A stretch of 41,822 nt of DNA. Source: Candidatus Moraniibacteriota bacterium. Its GTDB lineage: Bacteria > Patescibacteriota > Minisyncoccia > Moranbacterales > GCA-2747515. The notes under the pieces are model-generated. The model did no database searches. It was not told where the DNA came from and saw only the letters and a list, made by a program, of their open reading frames with translations. The position numbers and the translations under genes were made by a program. Shown here one piece after another: positions 19,002 to 27,974 of the stretch. Within the stretch, counting starts at the first letter, position 1. Every line of letters starts with the position of its first letter. The DNA is taken from contig JAOZUJ010000002.1 in assembly GCA_029938745.1 (NCBI GenBank), positions 1 to 41,822 of the forward strand, written 5' to 3'.

Positions 19002-19033
19002 GGTCCAACCGAGGAATGATCCCGGGTTGGACC
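19002..19033. repeat. GC-rich intercistronic hairpin (REP-like)
   Basis: GGTCCAACC-GAGGAATGATCCCG-GGTTGGACC; arms resemble the palindrome at 32491-32528. Confidence 0.7.
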
Positions 19034-19056
19034 TTTGGTATAAATATAAAACACGC

Positions 19057-19812
19057 TTATTTCAAAATATTATCAGTATCTACAGAGCGCTGATTGTGTA
19101 CTCTTTTATCATCTACGATCTTCCCGTCAACAATCCGTAAAATTCTTTGTGCGTGCTCAGCTGTCCTACTCTCATGTGTGACAAGAATAATTGTGTGACC
19201 CTGTTTATTGAGACCCTCCAAAACATGCATGACTTGTAATCCAGACTTTGAGTCTAGATTTCCAGTTGGCTCGTCTGCAAAAATAATTTTTGGATTATTG
19301 ATCAATGCTCGTGCAATTGCAACACGTTGCTTTTCACCACCAGACAGTTGACTTGGCATATGATGCAACCGGTGTTCCATACTTACACTTTTGAGTGCAT
19401 TCATAACACGATCTTTATTTGTTTTTTTGTCTTCTTTATTTTGTGTAGTTTTTGTATAAAAATCATACAAAAGAGGTAATTCAACATTTTCAAAAACACT
19501 CACGCGTTGCATCAAATTAAATGATTGAAATACAAAACCAATTTCCTGATTACGAATGAATGCCAATTTTTCTTCATCAAAATCTTTTGTATCCTTGCCA
19601 CGAAAAAAATACCCCCCCTCTGTTGCACGATCCAAAAAACTCAACACATGCATTAATGTCGATTTTCCTGAGCCAGACGGACCCATAATTGCAACAAATT
19701 CTCCCTCAGCAATATCACATGACACTCCACGAAGTGCATGTGTTTTAGTTTCGCCTGTATCAAAGACTTTTGTAATATCTTTGCAAGAAATAATTTTTGC
19801 TATTTTTTCCAT
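19057..19812 (-). CDS. ABC transporter ATP-binding protein (MacB/LolD-like)
   Basis: [50 protein letters not shown]. Confidence 0.95.
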   Translation of the reverse strand: MEKIAKIISCKDITKVFDTGETKTHALRGVSCDIAEGEFVAIMGPSGSGKSTLMHVLSFLDRATEGGYFFRGKDTKDFDEEKLAFIRNQEIGFVFQSFNLMQRVSVFENVELPLLYDFYTKTTQNKEDKKTNKDRVMNALKSVSMEHRLHHMPSQLSGGEKQRVAIARALINNPKIIFADEPTGNLDSKSGLQVMHVLEGLNKQGHTIILVTHESRTAEHAQRILRIVDGKIVDDKRVHNQRSVDTDNILK

Positions 19813-19821
19813 AAATTTTCT

Positions 19822-20829
19822 CTACTTATCATCTAGATCTTCATCATAAACAGCATATATAACACTGCCTTCGTTCAAACCATCAACAACTTCAACATCG
19901 CCATCGTCACCTTCAATTCCAGTTGTAATATATTGTTTTGTGTATTGATCATCTACACCTTTTATATAGACATATTCACCAGCATCATCACTGCGCACAA
20001 ATCGTAATGGCACAGTCAGTACATTATTTTTTTGATTAACAACAACATCCACATCCACACTCATACCAGATAAAATATTTTTATCCATATCACCTGGCAG
20101 TGCAAACGTTGTTCTATAATATGTCACATCTTGTACCTTTACTGCCTCCGGATCAATGCTCAAAATATCAACAGAAAACTGTTCATCATTATATGCATCA
20201 AATGTTGCAAATGCTTGTTGTTCTTTATTCATTTTTGCAGCATCTGTTTCAGACATTAATATTTCCATTTCCATTCCATCCTCATCAATCACACGCATTA
20301 CCATTCCTTGTGCGACCTCTCCAACACGGACATTTCTCTGTGTCACAATACCATCAATCGGTGAAATAATTTCTGTATTTTTAAACTGTGACTGCGCTCC
20401 AAAAAGCCTTGTACGTGCTTGAACTACATCTTTTTTGATAAGTTCTCTTTCTTCTGGCTTATAATCACTCCAATGTCTTCGCGCCAATCTTTCTGCCGTT
20501 TCCGCTTTTTCCACATCAATACGAGCTGATTGAATTTCTGCAACAATCGAATTACGATCAAGAATAATAAGCTTTTGCCCCTTTGTAACAGTATCACCAA
20601 TATCTACATTTACCGCCACAACGAGTGCGGGCACGACAAAAGAAAGATTTGCATAATGTACTGGCGTCACCTCACCACTTGCACTTACAGTTTCAACAAC
20701 ATCACCATAATGAACAACATAATTATCAATATCAGATCCATCATTAGACTTCGCATATCGCTGCCAAACAAGCCATGCAACAAAGAGAACAACAATACTA
20801 ATGATTATTATTTTTATAACTTTTTTCAT
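19822..20829 (-). CDS. Membrane fusion / periplasmic adaptor protein (MacA/HlyD-like)
   Basis: N-terminal TM, VSASGEV, VDIGDTVTKGQKL, ISPIDGIV, GMSVDVDV, VEVVDGL. Confidence 0.9.
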   Translation of the reverse strand: MKKVIKIIIISIVVLFVAWLVWQRYAKSNDGSDIDNYVVHYGDVVETVSASGEVTPVHYANLSFVVPALVVAVNVDIGDTVTKGQKLIILDRNSIVAEIQSARIDVEKAETAERLARRHWSDYKPEERELIKKDVVQARTRLFGAQSQFKNTEIISPIDGIVTQRNVRVGEVAQGMVMRVIDEDGMEMEILMSETDAAKMNKEQQAFATFDAYNDEQFSVDILSIDPEAVKVQDVTYYRTTFALPGDMDKNILSGMSVDVDVVVNQKNNVLTVPLRFVRSDDAGEYVYIKGVDDQYTKQYITTGIEGDDGDVEVVDGLNEGSVIYAVYDEDLDDK

Positions 20830-20861
20830 GTATTTCTTTTAGAACTTTATACTACTCATAT

Positions 20862-20870
20862 ATCATACCA
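20862..20870 (-). promoter_or_regulatory. Extended -10 element for the adaptor-ATPase-permease-permease unit
   Basis: Minus strand TGGTATGAT 32 nt upstream of the ATG at 20829. Confidence 0.5.
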
Positions 20871-20884
20871 CACTATTACAAAAT

Positions 20885-20912
20885 AAAAACCACAATTTTC
20901 TTTGTGGTTTTT
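20885..20912. terminator. Intrinsic terminator after the upstream ABC operon
   Basis: AAAAACCACAA-TTTTCT-TTGTGGTTTTT hairpin with A/T tails, 20 nt after the stop at 20933. Confidence 0.7.
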
Positions 20913-20932
20913 GTTTTTTCTTCTGAGTGTTA

Positions 20933-21619
20933 CTATTGTGATGATTGCAATTTTCCGTCTTTGAGCCACACAACTCGATCAACATACTTTTTATCATCAT
21001 CTTCATGTGTCACCATTATAATTGTTTGACCATATTTATCTACTAATTCACGCATAATATCCAAAACAACTGCAGCTGCTTCAGAATCTAAGTTTGCTGT
21101 TGGCTCATCAGCAAATAAAATATCTGGTTTATTTATAATTGCACGTGCTATTGATACACGTTGCTGTTCACCACCAGATAATTCTGATGGAAGATTTTTT
21201 TCACGATCCTGCAATCCCACTCTTTTAATAATCTCGTGCACGTCCTTATCATATTGTATTTTTCGTTTTCCAAGTGCTCTCATGGGTAGCGCAACATTTT
21301 CATATAAATTCAACTCAGGAATCAAAGCATAATCCTGAAATACATATCCAAGCATTTTCAAACGAAATTCCGCACGCTCTGTTTCAGATAATTTAGAAAC
21401 ATCAATACCATCAATTTCAATATATCCTGATGTTGGCCGATCGAGTAACGCAATTTGATGTAAAAAAGTTGATTTACCACTACCACTGCGCCCCATAAGT
21501 GCAACAAATTCACCTCTACGCAATTGCACGTCAATATCTTTAAGTGCATAAACTGGGCTTGGTGTATCTGCCTTATATGTCCTTACAAGATCTTTTGTTT
21601 GTAGAATATATTTTTCCAT
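20933..21619 (-). CDS. ABC transporter ATP-binding protein (LolD-like)
   Basis: [44 protein letters not shown]. Confidence 0.95.
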   Translation of the reverse strand: MEKYILQTKDLVRTYKADTPSPVYALKDIDVQLRRGEFVALMGRSGSGKSTFLHQIALLDRPTSGYIEIDGIDVSKLSETERAEFRLKMLGYVFQDYALIPELNLYENVALPMRALGKRKIQYDKDVHEIIKRVGLQDREKNLPSELSGGEQQRVSIARAIINKPDILFADEPTANLDSEAAAVVLDIMRELVDKYGQTIIMVTHEDDDKKYVDRVVWLKDGKLQSSQ

Positions 21620-21631
21620 AGTCTTTATTTA

Positions 21632-22852
21632 TTATCGCATCAATGTGAGAATCTTTTTACGTACCTCTTTTATCGCTGGAATGAGTGAGCCTATAAGACC
21701 AGCAACCACAAAAAGAATTACACTCATACGTAGTGCCTCCCTTTTGATCACAGGTACCATATCTCCCATCGGGAAATCAATTGGATGTCCTCTAAAAAAA
21801 CCAATGACACCAAAATTCATTAACAAAAATCCCAATATAATACCGAGTACAGTATAAAACATCCCTCGAATAATATAGGATTGCATTATAGCACTTTCAG
21901 GAATTCCAATCGCTTTCAATATGCCAATTTGTTTACGCCTATTCACAATATCCACAAAGATAATAATAAATATCACAAGTCCTGCAACAAACGAGCCAAT
22001 AATACGTAATATCGAACCAATCATATCAAAGGATTTATTGATTGTAGCACCAAATGACAATTTCTCATTCCAATCAGAAATTTCATAATTACTCAAATTT
22101 ATTTTTGCAAAATCATCCAATGCTTTTTGCGATAAATGCTTATCAGTAAGTCGCACGATAATTTCACTTGACTCATTTGTTGTTCCAAGTACTGAATTCA
22201 GATCATCTTGAAGAACAAACATTTTTGAATCAGTGTCAAAGTTCTTTGTTTTATAAATTCCTACAATTTCATAATCCCTAACAACATCATTACCATATAT
22301 TGCTGTAATTTTGTCACCTGTCCGCACGCCTTCAAGATCCTCTGGAAATGGTGAGCTACCATACCCGCCTGCTATATCTGCACCAAGCAAAGCCTTGCCA
22401 TAATCACCTTTTTCTAAACATTTTCCCTCAATAATATGTGATTTCAAGTCAATTGAATCATTTTCTATTTCTGGATCTATGCCAACAACACCAGCTCCAA
22501 ATTGTGCAACATCCCTACCATCATTATACTTATCATTCTTGAGCGTAGCACTTGTTCGCAAATGAGTTGCTATACTGCGTACATAGTAAAAATCTTGAAT
22601 TGCATCTATGACATCATTTGTATTTTTGATATATTTATCTCCTGGTCTTGGCTCAATAGTTACCTCGCCGTATTGATAATTAATTTTACCCTCATCCATT
22701 GTAGTGGAAATTCCTTTGAACACAGCATCTACAAACAATAAATTCAAAAAAACAACAAGCATGATCAATACTGTCAAAATAAGTGACCCCTTATCACCAC
22801 GCAAAATAGTTTTAATTGCCAAAAATACTGCCAATTTTATATTACTCCACAT
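21632..22852 (-). CDS. FtsX/LolC-E-like ABC permease
   Basis: 1+3 TM layout with a large extracytoplasmic domain; RRKQIGILKAIGI and GSLIPA motifs. Confidence 0.85.
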   Translation of the reverse strand: MWSNIKLAVFLAIKTILRGDKGSLILTVLIMLVVFLNLLFVDAVFKGISTTMDEGKINYQYGEVTIEPRPGDKYIKNTNDVIDAIQDFYYVRSIATHLRTSATLKNDKYNDGRDVAQFGAGVVGIDPEIENDSIDLKSHIIEGKCLEKGDYGKALLGADIAGGYGSSPFPEDLEGVRTGDKITAIYGNDVVRDYEIVGIYKTKNFDTDSKMFVLQDDLNSVLGTTNESSEIIVRLTDKHLSQKALDDFAKINLSNYEISDWNEKLSFGATINKSFDMIGSILRIIGSFVAGLVIFIIIFVDIVNRRKQIGILKAIGIPESAIMQSYIIRGMFYTVLGIILGFLLMNFGVIGFFRGHPIDFPMGDMVPVIKREALRMSVILFVVAGLIGSLIPAIKEVRKKILTLMR

Positions 22853-22879
22853 ATTGTTTTATATACAAAATACATTGCC

Positions 22880-23869
22880 TTACTTTTCTTGTGGTACAAC
22901 AATTTTTTCACCTGCAGCAATACCAGAAATAACTTCCACAAATTCATTCCCAATTATTCCCTCTTCAAAATATTTTTTCCCAAATTGTTCTTTAACAGAG
23001 TTTGTATTTAACACATATACAAAATATCCATCTTCATCTTTTTGTGCAAAATCACGAGGCACTACTACAACATTCATCTTTTTTTCAATTTCTATATCAA
23101 CTTCTGCATTCATACCATCAAGAATAGTAACATCATCTTTATCATCAATATCAACAATTGCCTTAAAATATGTGTTATTTTGATTTAATGTACTTCCTGC
23201 ATTCATTGAAACAAAAGTACCATGCACCACTTTATCAGGATATGCATCAAAAATTATGAACGATTTATTTCCCTTCTTCACTTTTGCGATATCTACCTCT
23301 GGAATGAGTGCTTCCACCTGTAAGGATTGTGGATTAATAATGCGCATTGCAATTCCTTGTGCTACTTCACCAACTCGAACATTTTGTTCAATTACAATTC
23401 CATCAATCGGAGAAACAATTGTTGTTTTAGCTGCTTGTGCGTACACTTCATTTAGTGTCTGTCGTGATTGCTCTGTTGCTTTTTTAATGCTTTCTCTTTC
23501 CTCTGGTTTTAGTGTGTCCCACTTTCGCCTTGCCTGTTGTTCTGCCAGCTCTGCACGTTCCACTGCAAGCTTTGCATTATTTATTTGTGCATAAATTGAT
23601 CTTTTGTCCAATCGAAATAGCTCTTGACCTTTCTCAACTGTATCATTTACCGATACATCTACAGATGCAATAAGCGTTGGTAATTCTGATGTAATATCGG
23701 CATAAACATCAGAATTCATTGTTGCATTTACATTAATTGTTTTTTGTACATCAGTTGTAACGACTTGTGATTCTAAATAAAGTTGTTCACTTTTTCGTGA
23801 TCGTACAAAAAAAACAGCAGTTCCAATAAGTACAATAATAATAATTGTAATAATAATCTTTTTCATCAT
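22880..23869 (-). CDS. Membrane fusion / periplasmic adaptor protein (MacA/HlyD-like)
   Basis: N-terminal TM, VNDTVEKGQEL, VSPIDGIV, EVDIAKVKKG, GMNAEVDI, VEVISGI; paralogue of 19822-20829. Confidence 0.9.
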   Translation of the reverse strand: MMKKIIITIIIIVLIGTAVFFVRSRKSEQLYLESQVVTTDVQKTINVNATMNSDVYADITSELPTLIASVDVSVNDTVEKGQELFRLDKRSIYAQINNAKLAVERAELAEQQARRKWDTLKPEERESIKKATEQSRQTLNEVYAQAAKTTIVSPIDGIVIEQNVRVGEVAQGIAMRIINPQSLQVEALIPEVDIAKVKKGNKSFIIFDAYPDKVVHGTFVSMNAGSTLNQNNTYFKAIVDIDDKDDVTILDGMNAEVDIEIEKKMNVVVVPRDFAQKDEDGYFVYVLNTNSVKEQFGKKYFEEGIIGNEFVEVISGIAAGEKIVVPQEK

Positions 23870-23884
23870 TAGTCTCGCTTTAAT

Positions 23885-25018
23885 TTATTTAATTACTTGT
23901 GCAACAGCTTTTGGTACACGCTCATCAAATGGATCAGGTATGACCATATCTACTGTTGGATTTTCAACACATTGTGCAATTGCCTTTGCAGCATCAACAA
24001 ACATTTCATCCTTGAATTGTATCACACCATTATCAAGTGCACCACGAAAAATTCCCGGAAACGCTAAAACATTATTTACTTGATTTGGAAAATCACTACG
24101 CCCCGTCGCAACCACAAATGCACCAGCATCTTTTGCATCATCTGGCATGATTTCTGGCTCTGGATTTGCAAGCGCAAAAATAATTGGCTTTTCATTCATA
24201 ATCTGCAATGCCTCTGGCTTCAGTACATTTGCAACTGACACTCCGATAAAAACGTCGGTGTCTTCAAGTGCGTCTCTGAGCATTCCACACACACCACCAC
24301 CGTTTGTCACTTTCATAAGTTTTACTTTTGTATCATTGAGTCCTGTGCGCTCATGACAAATAATTCCCTGACTATCACAAAGCACAATATTAGTAACGCC
24401 CCAATCAAGTAAAATTTTTGTAATTGCCACTCCAGCTGCACCCACACCATTTACCACAACTTTAATGTCTTTCTTTTCACTTCCACGTAATTTAAGCGCA
24501 TTTATAAGTCCAGCCAAAACAACAACTGCTGTACCATGCTGATCATCATGCATCACCGGAATATCAAGTTCTTCCATTAATCTTTGTTCAACTTCAAAAC
24601 ATCGTGGTGCAGAAATATCCTCAAGATTTATTCCACCAAAAGTTGGTGCTACTTTTTTGACAAAATCTACAATTTCATCCACTTCCTGTGTATCAATACA
24701 AAGCGGAAATGCATCAACGTCTGCAAAATGTTTGAAAAGTGCAGCCTTTCCTTCCATTACAGGCAATGCTGCATATGGGCCTAAATTACCAAGTCCAAGT
24801 ATTGCACTTCCATCTGACACAATAGCGACAGTATTTTTTTTAATCGTCAACTCCCTTGCAACACTTTTATCCTCACTAATTGCCCGAGACACTGCAGCAA
24901 CACCTGGTGAATATGCCAATGAAAGATCTTTTTTATTTTCAAGTGCAACTTTTGCAATCACCTCAATTTTGCCACCATTTTTTTTATGCAGATCTAACGA
25001 CTCCTCATATATATCCAT
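23885..25018 (-). CDS. NAD(P)-dependent malic enzyme (short single-domain type)
   Basis: LSLAYSPGVA, AILGLGNLGP..ALPVMEGKA, INLEDISAPRCFE, HDDQHGTA, GVGAAG, ATGRSDFPNQVNNVLAFPG. Confidence 0.95.
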   Translation of the reverse strand: MDIYEESLDLHKKNGGKIEVIAKVALENKKDLSLAYSPGVAAVSRAISEDKSVARELTIKKNTVAIVSDGSAILGLGNLGPYAALPVMEGKAALFKHFADVDAFPLCIDTQEVDEIVDFVKKVAPTFGGINLEDISAPRCFEVEQRLMEELDIPVMHDDQHGTAVVVLAGLINALKLRGSEKKDIKVVVNGVGAAGVAITKILLDWGVTNIVLCDSQGIICHERTGLNDTKVKLMKVTNGGGVCGMLRDALEDTDVFIGVSVANVLKPEALQIMNEKPIIFALANPEPEIMPDDAKDAGAFVVATGRSDFPNQVNNVLAFPGIFRGALDNGVIQFKDEMFVDAAKAIAQCVENPTVDMVIPDPFDERVPKAVAQVIK

Positions 25019-25027
25019 ATTTAGTAT

Positions 25028-25603
25028 CTATTTAATATTATCAATAATTTCACCAAGTGTTTCACTATTATTCCATTGCGAGATCTCTTTACCATTTTTA
25101 TCCACAAGCACAAAAGTGTGTTGCTTTTCTACATGATATCTTTCACGTAATTCATTATTATTATCAAAATCAACACGCACAACAGCAACATTAGTAGGGA
25201 TTTTTTCTTGATTTATTTCTACATCATTTTCAGCTTCAGTACAACTTGGGCACCATGGTGCTGTGAAGAACAATATCGTTCTTTCAAAATTTGCAATATC
25301 AGATCCATTATAATCACCGTACATACCAGACTCCCCATTCACAACCACATATTTTTCTTCTAGCATTTTTTCTCCGGTCTCTTTTAATTTTTTACCAATA
25401 ACTTCCTGACTACCGCCAATCACCTTTCCCATCATCTCTTCACCCTTTTCATCAAGTGCATCTTGTGCTTTATCTTGTGCATCATTTTTAACATTTTGTA
25501 CATTATCCCCACCATAACCAAATATAATCGCTGAAATAATGAGAATCACAACAATGATCAATAGTAAAAGAATTTTAGATACTCCTTTTTGTGTTTTTTT
25601 CAT
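25028..25603 (-). CDS. Membrane-anchored thioredoxin-like protein (WCPSC)
   Basis: MKKTQKG followed by a TM helix, ILFFTAPWCPSC, YHVEKQHTFVLVD. A TATGAT -10 at 25632-25637 favours the ATG at 25603. Confidence 0.82.
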   Translation of the reverse strand: MKKTQKGVSKILLLLIIVVILIISAIIFGYGGDNVQNVKNDAQDKAQDALDEKGEEMMGKVIGGSQEVIGKKLKETGEKMLEEKYVVVNGESGMYGDYNGSDIANFERTILFFTAPWCPSCTEAENDVEINQEKIPTNVAVVRVDFDNNNELRERYHVEKQHTFVLVDKNGKEISQWNNSETLGEIIDNIK

Positions 25604-25720
25604 AAATATTTTTAATTTTATATCTTTATATATCATACTACTATAATGATTCTCACGCAAAAAAACTCAAATATCAAAAGACCATACATACGCATACGGC
25701 CTTTATGAATTATGTTTTCC

Positions 25721-26404
25721 TTATTGTGGAATATTTTGCATATCAACTTGCATTCCCTGCATCTGCTGGAGACATTCTGCCTTTTCTTCGGGTGGCGCAA
25801 AATCACACATCCCCTGCATACCACCTGTTCCTTGTTTCATATTTTCCAACATTGCATTCATATCTTGAAATGTCACATCCGCTGGTGGCACAAACTTACT
25901 ATTATCAACTCTCCAATTTTCACATTTATAATTATATGTTTCATCTACCATATCTGCAACCATACCATCTGGCGCTTCTGCCATATAATCTTCTTCTACT
26001 TCCTCATATTCATCTTTCATTTCATCCTTCATTTTCATTCCTTGTTTTGTTGTAGAATCCCATGTATACACCCATTCACCATCACTGATCATCAACATAT
26101 CCCCCGTCATGCCCATTTCATTTTTTGCCAAACCCTTCATCTCTGTGTGCATTTTATCACCACTAATGTACACTACACCACTCATGCCACTGCCATCACT
26201 CCATGTACATTTTTGTGCTTTTCCCATACCCATGAGCCCTTTGATCGTCCCACTGAAAGTTCCATCTTCGTTATTTTTTGTCGCGATATCTTGCGGAGTC
26301 GCGCTCGTTTGATCTACTGTTTCATCTTGCGCGGGAGTGCCACACGCACTCAGTGCCATTACTGCAAAGGCAAGTACTGACATTGTCATTGTTTTTTTCA
26401 TCAT
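25721..26404 (-). CDS. Met-rich putative lipoprotein, possibly LolA-like fold
   Basis: Signal peptide with lipobox LSAC; MISDGEWVYTW and KFVPPADVTF resemble LolA-fold motifs. Confidence 0.65.
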   Translation of the reverse strand: MMKKTMTMSVLAFAVMALSACGTPAQDETVDQTSATPQDIATKNNEDGTFSGTIKGLMGMGKAQKCTWSDGSGMSGVVYISGDKMHTEMKGLAKNEMGMTGDMLMISDGEWVYTWDSTTKQGMKMKDEMKDEYEEVEEDYMAEAPDGMVADMVDETYNYKCENWRVDNSKFVPPADVTFQDMNAMLENMKQGTGGMQGMCDFAPPEEKAECLQQMQGMQVDMQNIPQ

Positions 26405-26452
26405 ATGATTTTTTATTATAAATTACTATCTTTATTATACACTAAATTTTTA

Positions 26453-27199
26453 TTATACAAAAAGAGTTCCGACAAAATATGCAATAAACGCTGCAACCAT
26501 ACCCAATCCAACAATCTCTGCCATCGATAATAATACACACTCTTTTGTGAATCGTGACCGGATAAACCCAAGCAGTGCTAAAGCAAGCGCAGTAAAAATA
26601 CTTGCTGCCACAAATTGATTATAAAAAATTGTCATGTCAAAAATATATGGCAAAAGTGGAATTGCGCCAAATGTCAAAAACGACACAAAAGTGATCATCG
26701 CACTACGGACTGGCGCCTCTTCTGGATGTGTCATATTGAGCTCATATCGCATCATGAAATCCGCCCAAAATTCTGGATTTGTCTTATAAATATTTGCCAA
26801 GGCATGTGCTTTTTCTTCATCAAAACCATTCTCTTTCAACAGCAAAATAGTTTCATCATATTCAAAATCCTCTCGTGTTTTGATCCAATCACTTTCTTTT
26901 GCTCTTTCTTTTTCAAATAATTTCTTCTCAGCACGAGATGATAAAAAATCACCCACGCCCATACTAAATCCATCCGCAAAGAGATTTGCTAGTCCAAAAA
27001 TAAGCACAATTGTCACAGGAATGACAACATCAGGATTATCTCCAGCAACCATCGTCGCGCCAGTAAACCCAGCAACAACTGCAAATGTTGTGATAATGCC
27101 ATCAATACCACCATAAACAAGCTCTTTCAAGTTTTCTGAAAAAACTGTTTTTTTATGATCTTGTGTTAAGTGTTCATCTAATTCTGCTTTATCCATCAT
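26453..27199 (-). CDS. VIT1/CCC1 family Fe2+/Mn2+ transporter
   Basis: VYGGIDGIITTFAVVAG, GLANLFADGFSMGVGDFLS, FMMRYEL, FGAIPLLPY. Confidence 0.92.
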   Translation of the reverse strand: MMDKAELDEHLTQDHKKTVFSENLKELVYGGIDGIITTFAVVAGFTGATMVAGDNPDVVIPVTIVLIFGLANLFADGFSMGVGDFLSSRAEKKLFEKERAKESDWIKTREDFEYDETILLLKENGFDEEKAHALANIYKTNPEFWADFMMRYELNMTHPEEAPVRSAMITFVSFLTFGAIPLLPYIFDMTIFYNQFVAASIFTALALALLGFIRSRFTKECVLLSMAEIVGLGMVAAFIAYFVGTLFV

Positions 27200-27262
27200 A
27201 TAAATTTATCATAGCATGAATTAGTCATTAATGTATAATTTATTTTTCATTTCAAAATCAAA

Positions 27263-27300
27263 AATAGTCTACCGTACCTTTAAAGGTACGGTAGACTATT
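27263..27300. repeat. Perfect 38-bp palindrome
   Basis: AATAGTCTACCGTACCTTTAAAGGTACGGTAGACTATT equals its reverse complement. Confidence 0.9.
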
Positions 27301-27302
27301 AC

Positions 27303-27338
27303 AAAAAATATCCAGACACTAATGTCTAGATATTTTTT
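27303..27338 (-). terminator. Intrinsic terminator of rpmG-rpmB
   Basis: Minus strand AAAAAATATCTAGACA-TTAG-TGTCTGGATATTTTTT, 9 nt after the rpmB stop. Confidence 0.7.
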
Positions 27339-27347
27339 ATATTTAAG

Positions 27348-27581
27348 TTATTTCTTCACAATTTCCCTGAGGTCATATTGTTTTCCCTCTTTTTGCCATT
27401 TCTTCAATGTTCTTATTGCAGAAGTTGATAATCGCACCGTCATCTTTTCTCCCGTTGCAGGATTGATAAGATTTTTTTTCTGAAGATTCACTTTGAACTT
27501 TCGTTTCGTTTTCACTTGTGAGTGAGAAACTTTGTGTCCACTAGCAGAATTTTTTCCTGTAATTTGACATGTTCGAGACAT
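27348..27581 (-). CDS. rpmB: 50S ribosomal protein L28
   Basis: MSRTCQITGK..GHKVSHSQVKTKRKFKVNLQ...VRLSTSAIRTL. Confidence 0.95.
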   Translation of the reverse strand: MSRTCQITGKNSASGHKVSHSQVKTKRKFKVNLQKKNLINPATGEKMTVRLSTSAIRTLKKWQKEGKQYDLREIVKK

Positions 27582-27633
27582 AATTTTTGAATATTATAAT
27601 TAGAGATTTGCACTTTCAGAACAATCTACTGCT

Positions 27634-27810
27634 TTATGCTTTCTTTTCACGATAAATAGTATGCTTCTTGGCAATTGGATTGAATTTTTTCAATTCAATT
27701 TTGATGCCACGCAATTTTTTTGTATTTTTGTGTGACCAAATGATATGACCCTTTCCTTTCCCACTTTCATCACCAAGGGAAACTAATTTTATAAGATTAT
27801 CCTGAGACAT
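27634..27810 (-). CDS. rpmG: 50S ribosomal protein L33 (Cys-free type); absent from the ORF track
   Basis: Hand translation gives 58 aa, MSQDNLIKLVSLGDESGKGKGHIIWSHKNTKKLRGIKIELKKFNPIAKKHTIYREKKA*, with IKL..KN..ELKKF.P..KH..Y.E hallmarks; adjacent to rpmB. Confidence 0.92.
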   Translation of the reverse strand: MSQDNLIKLVSLGDESGKGKGHIIWSHKNTKKLRGIKIELKKFNPIAKKHTIYREKKA

Positions 27811-27974
27811 AAAAAAATATTAAACAAATACTAACAAGACACAGACATTTCACGTGTCTTTTATACGTAAACTCTAGTATACACGACTATAAAAATATTG
27901 CAAGTGTTCTATTTCTCATCAACAATATCATCATTGCATATTAGTTACAAAAACATTTAAACTAATTAATAGAA

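Noticed and set aside
25705..26380. 222-aa and 116-aa plus-strand ORFs
   Set aside because: They are antisense shadows of the Met-rich lipoprotein (His/Ile/Phe-rich from reversed ATG/GAA codons), with no recognisable motif.
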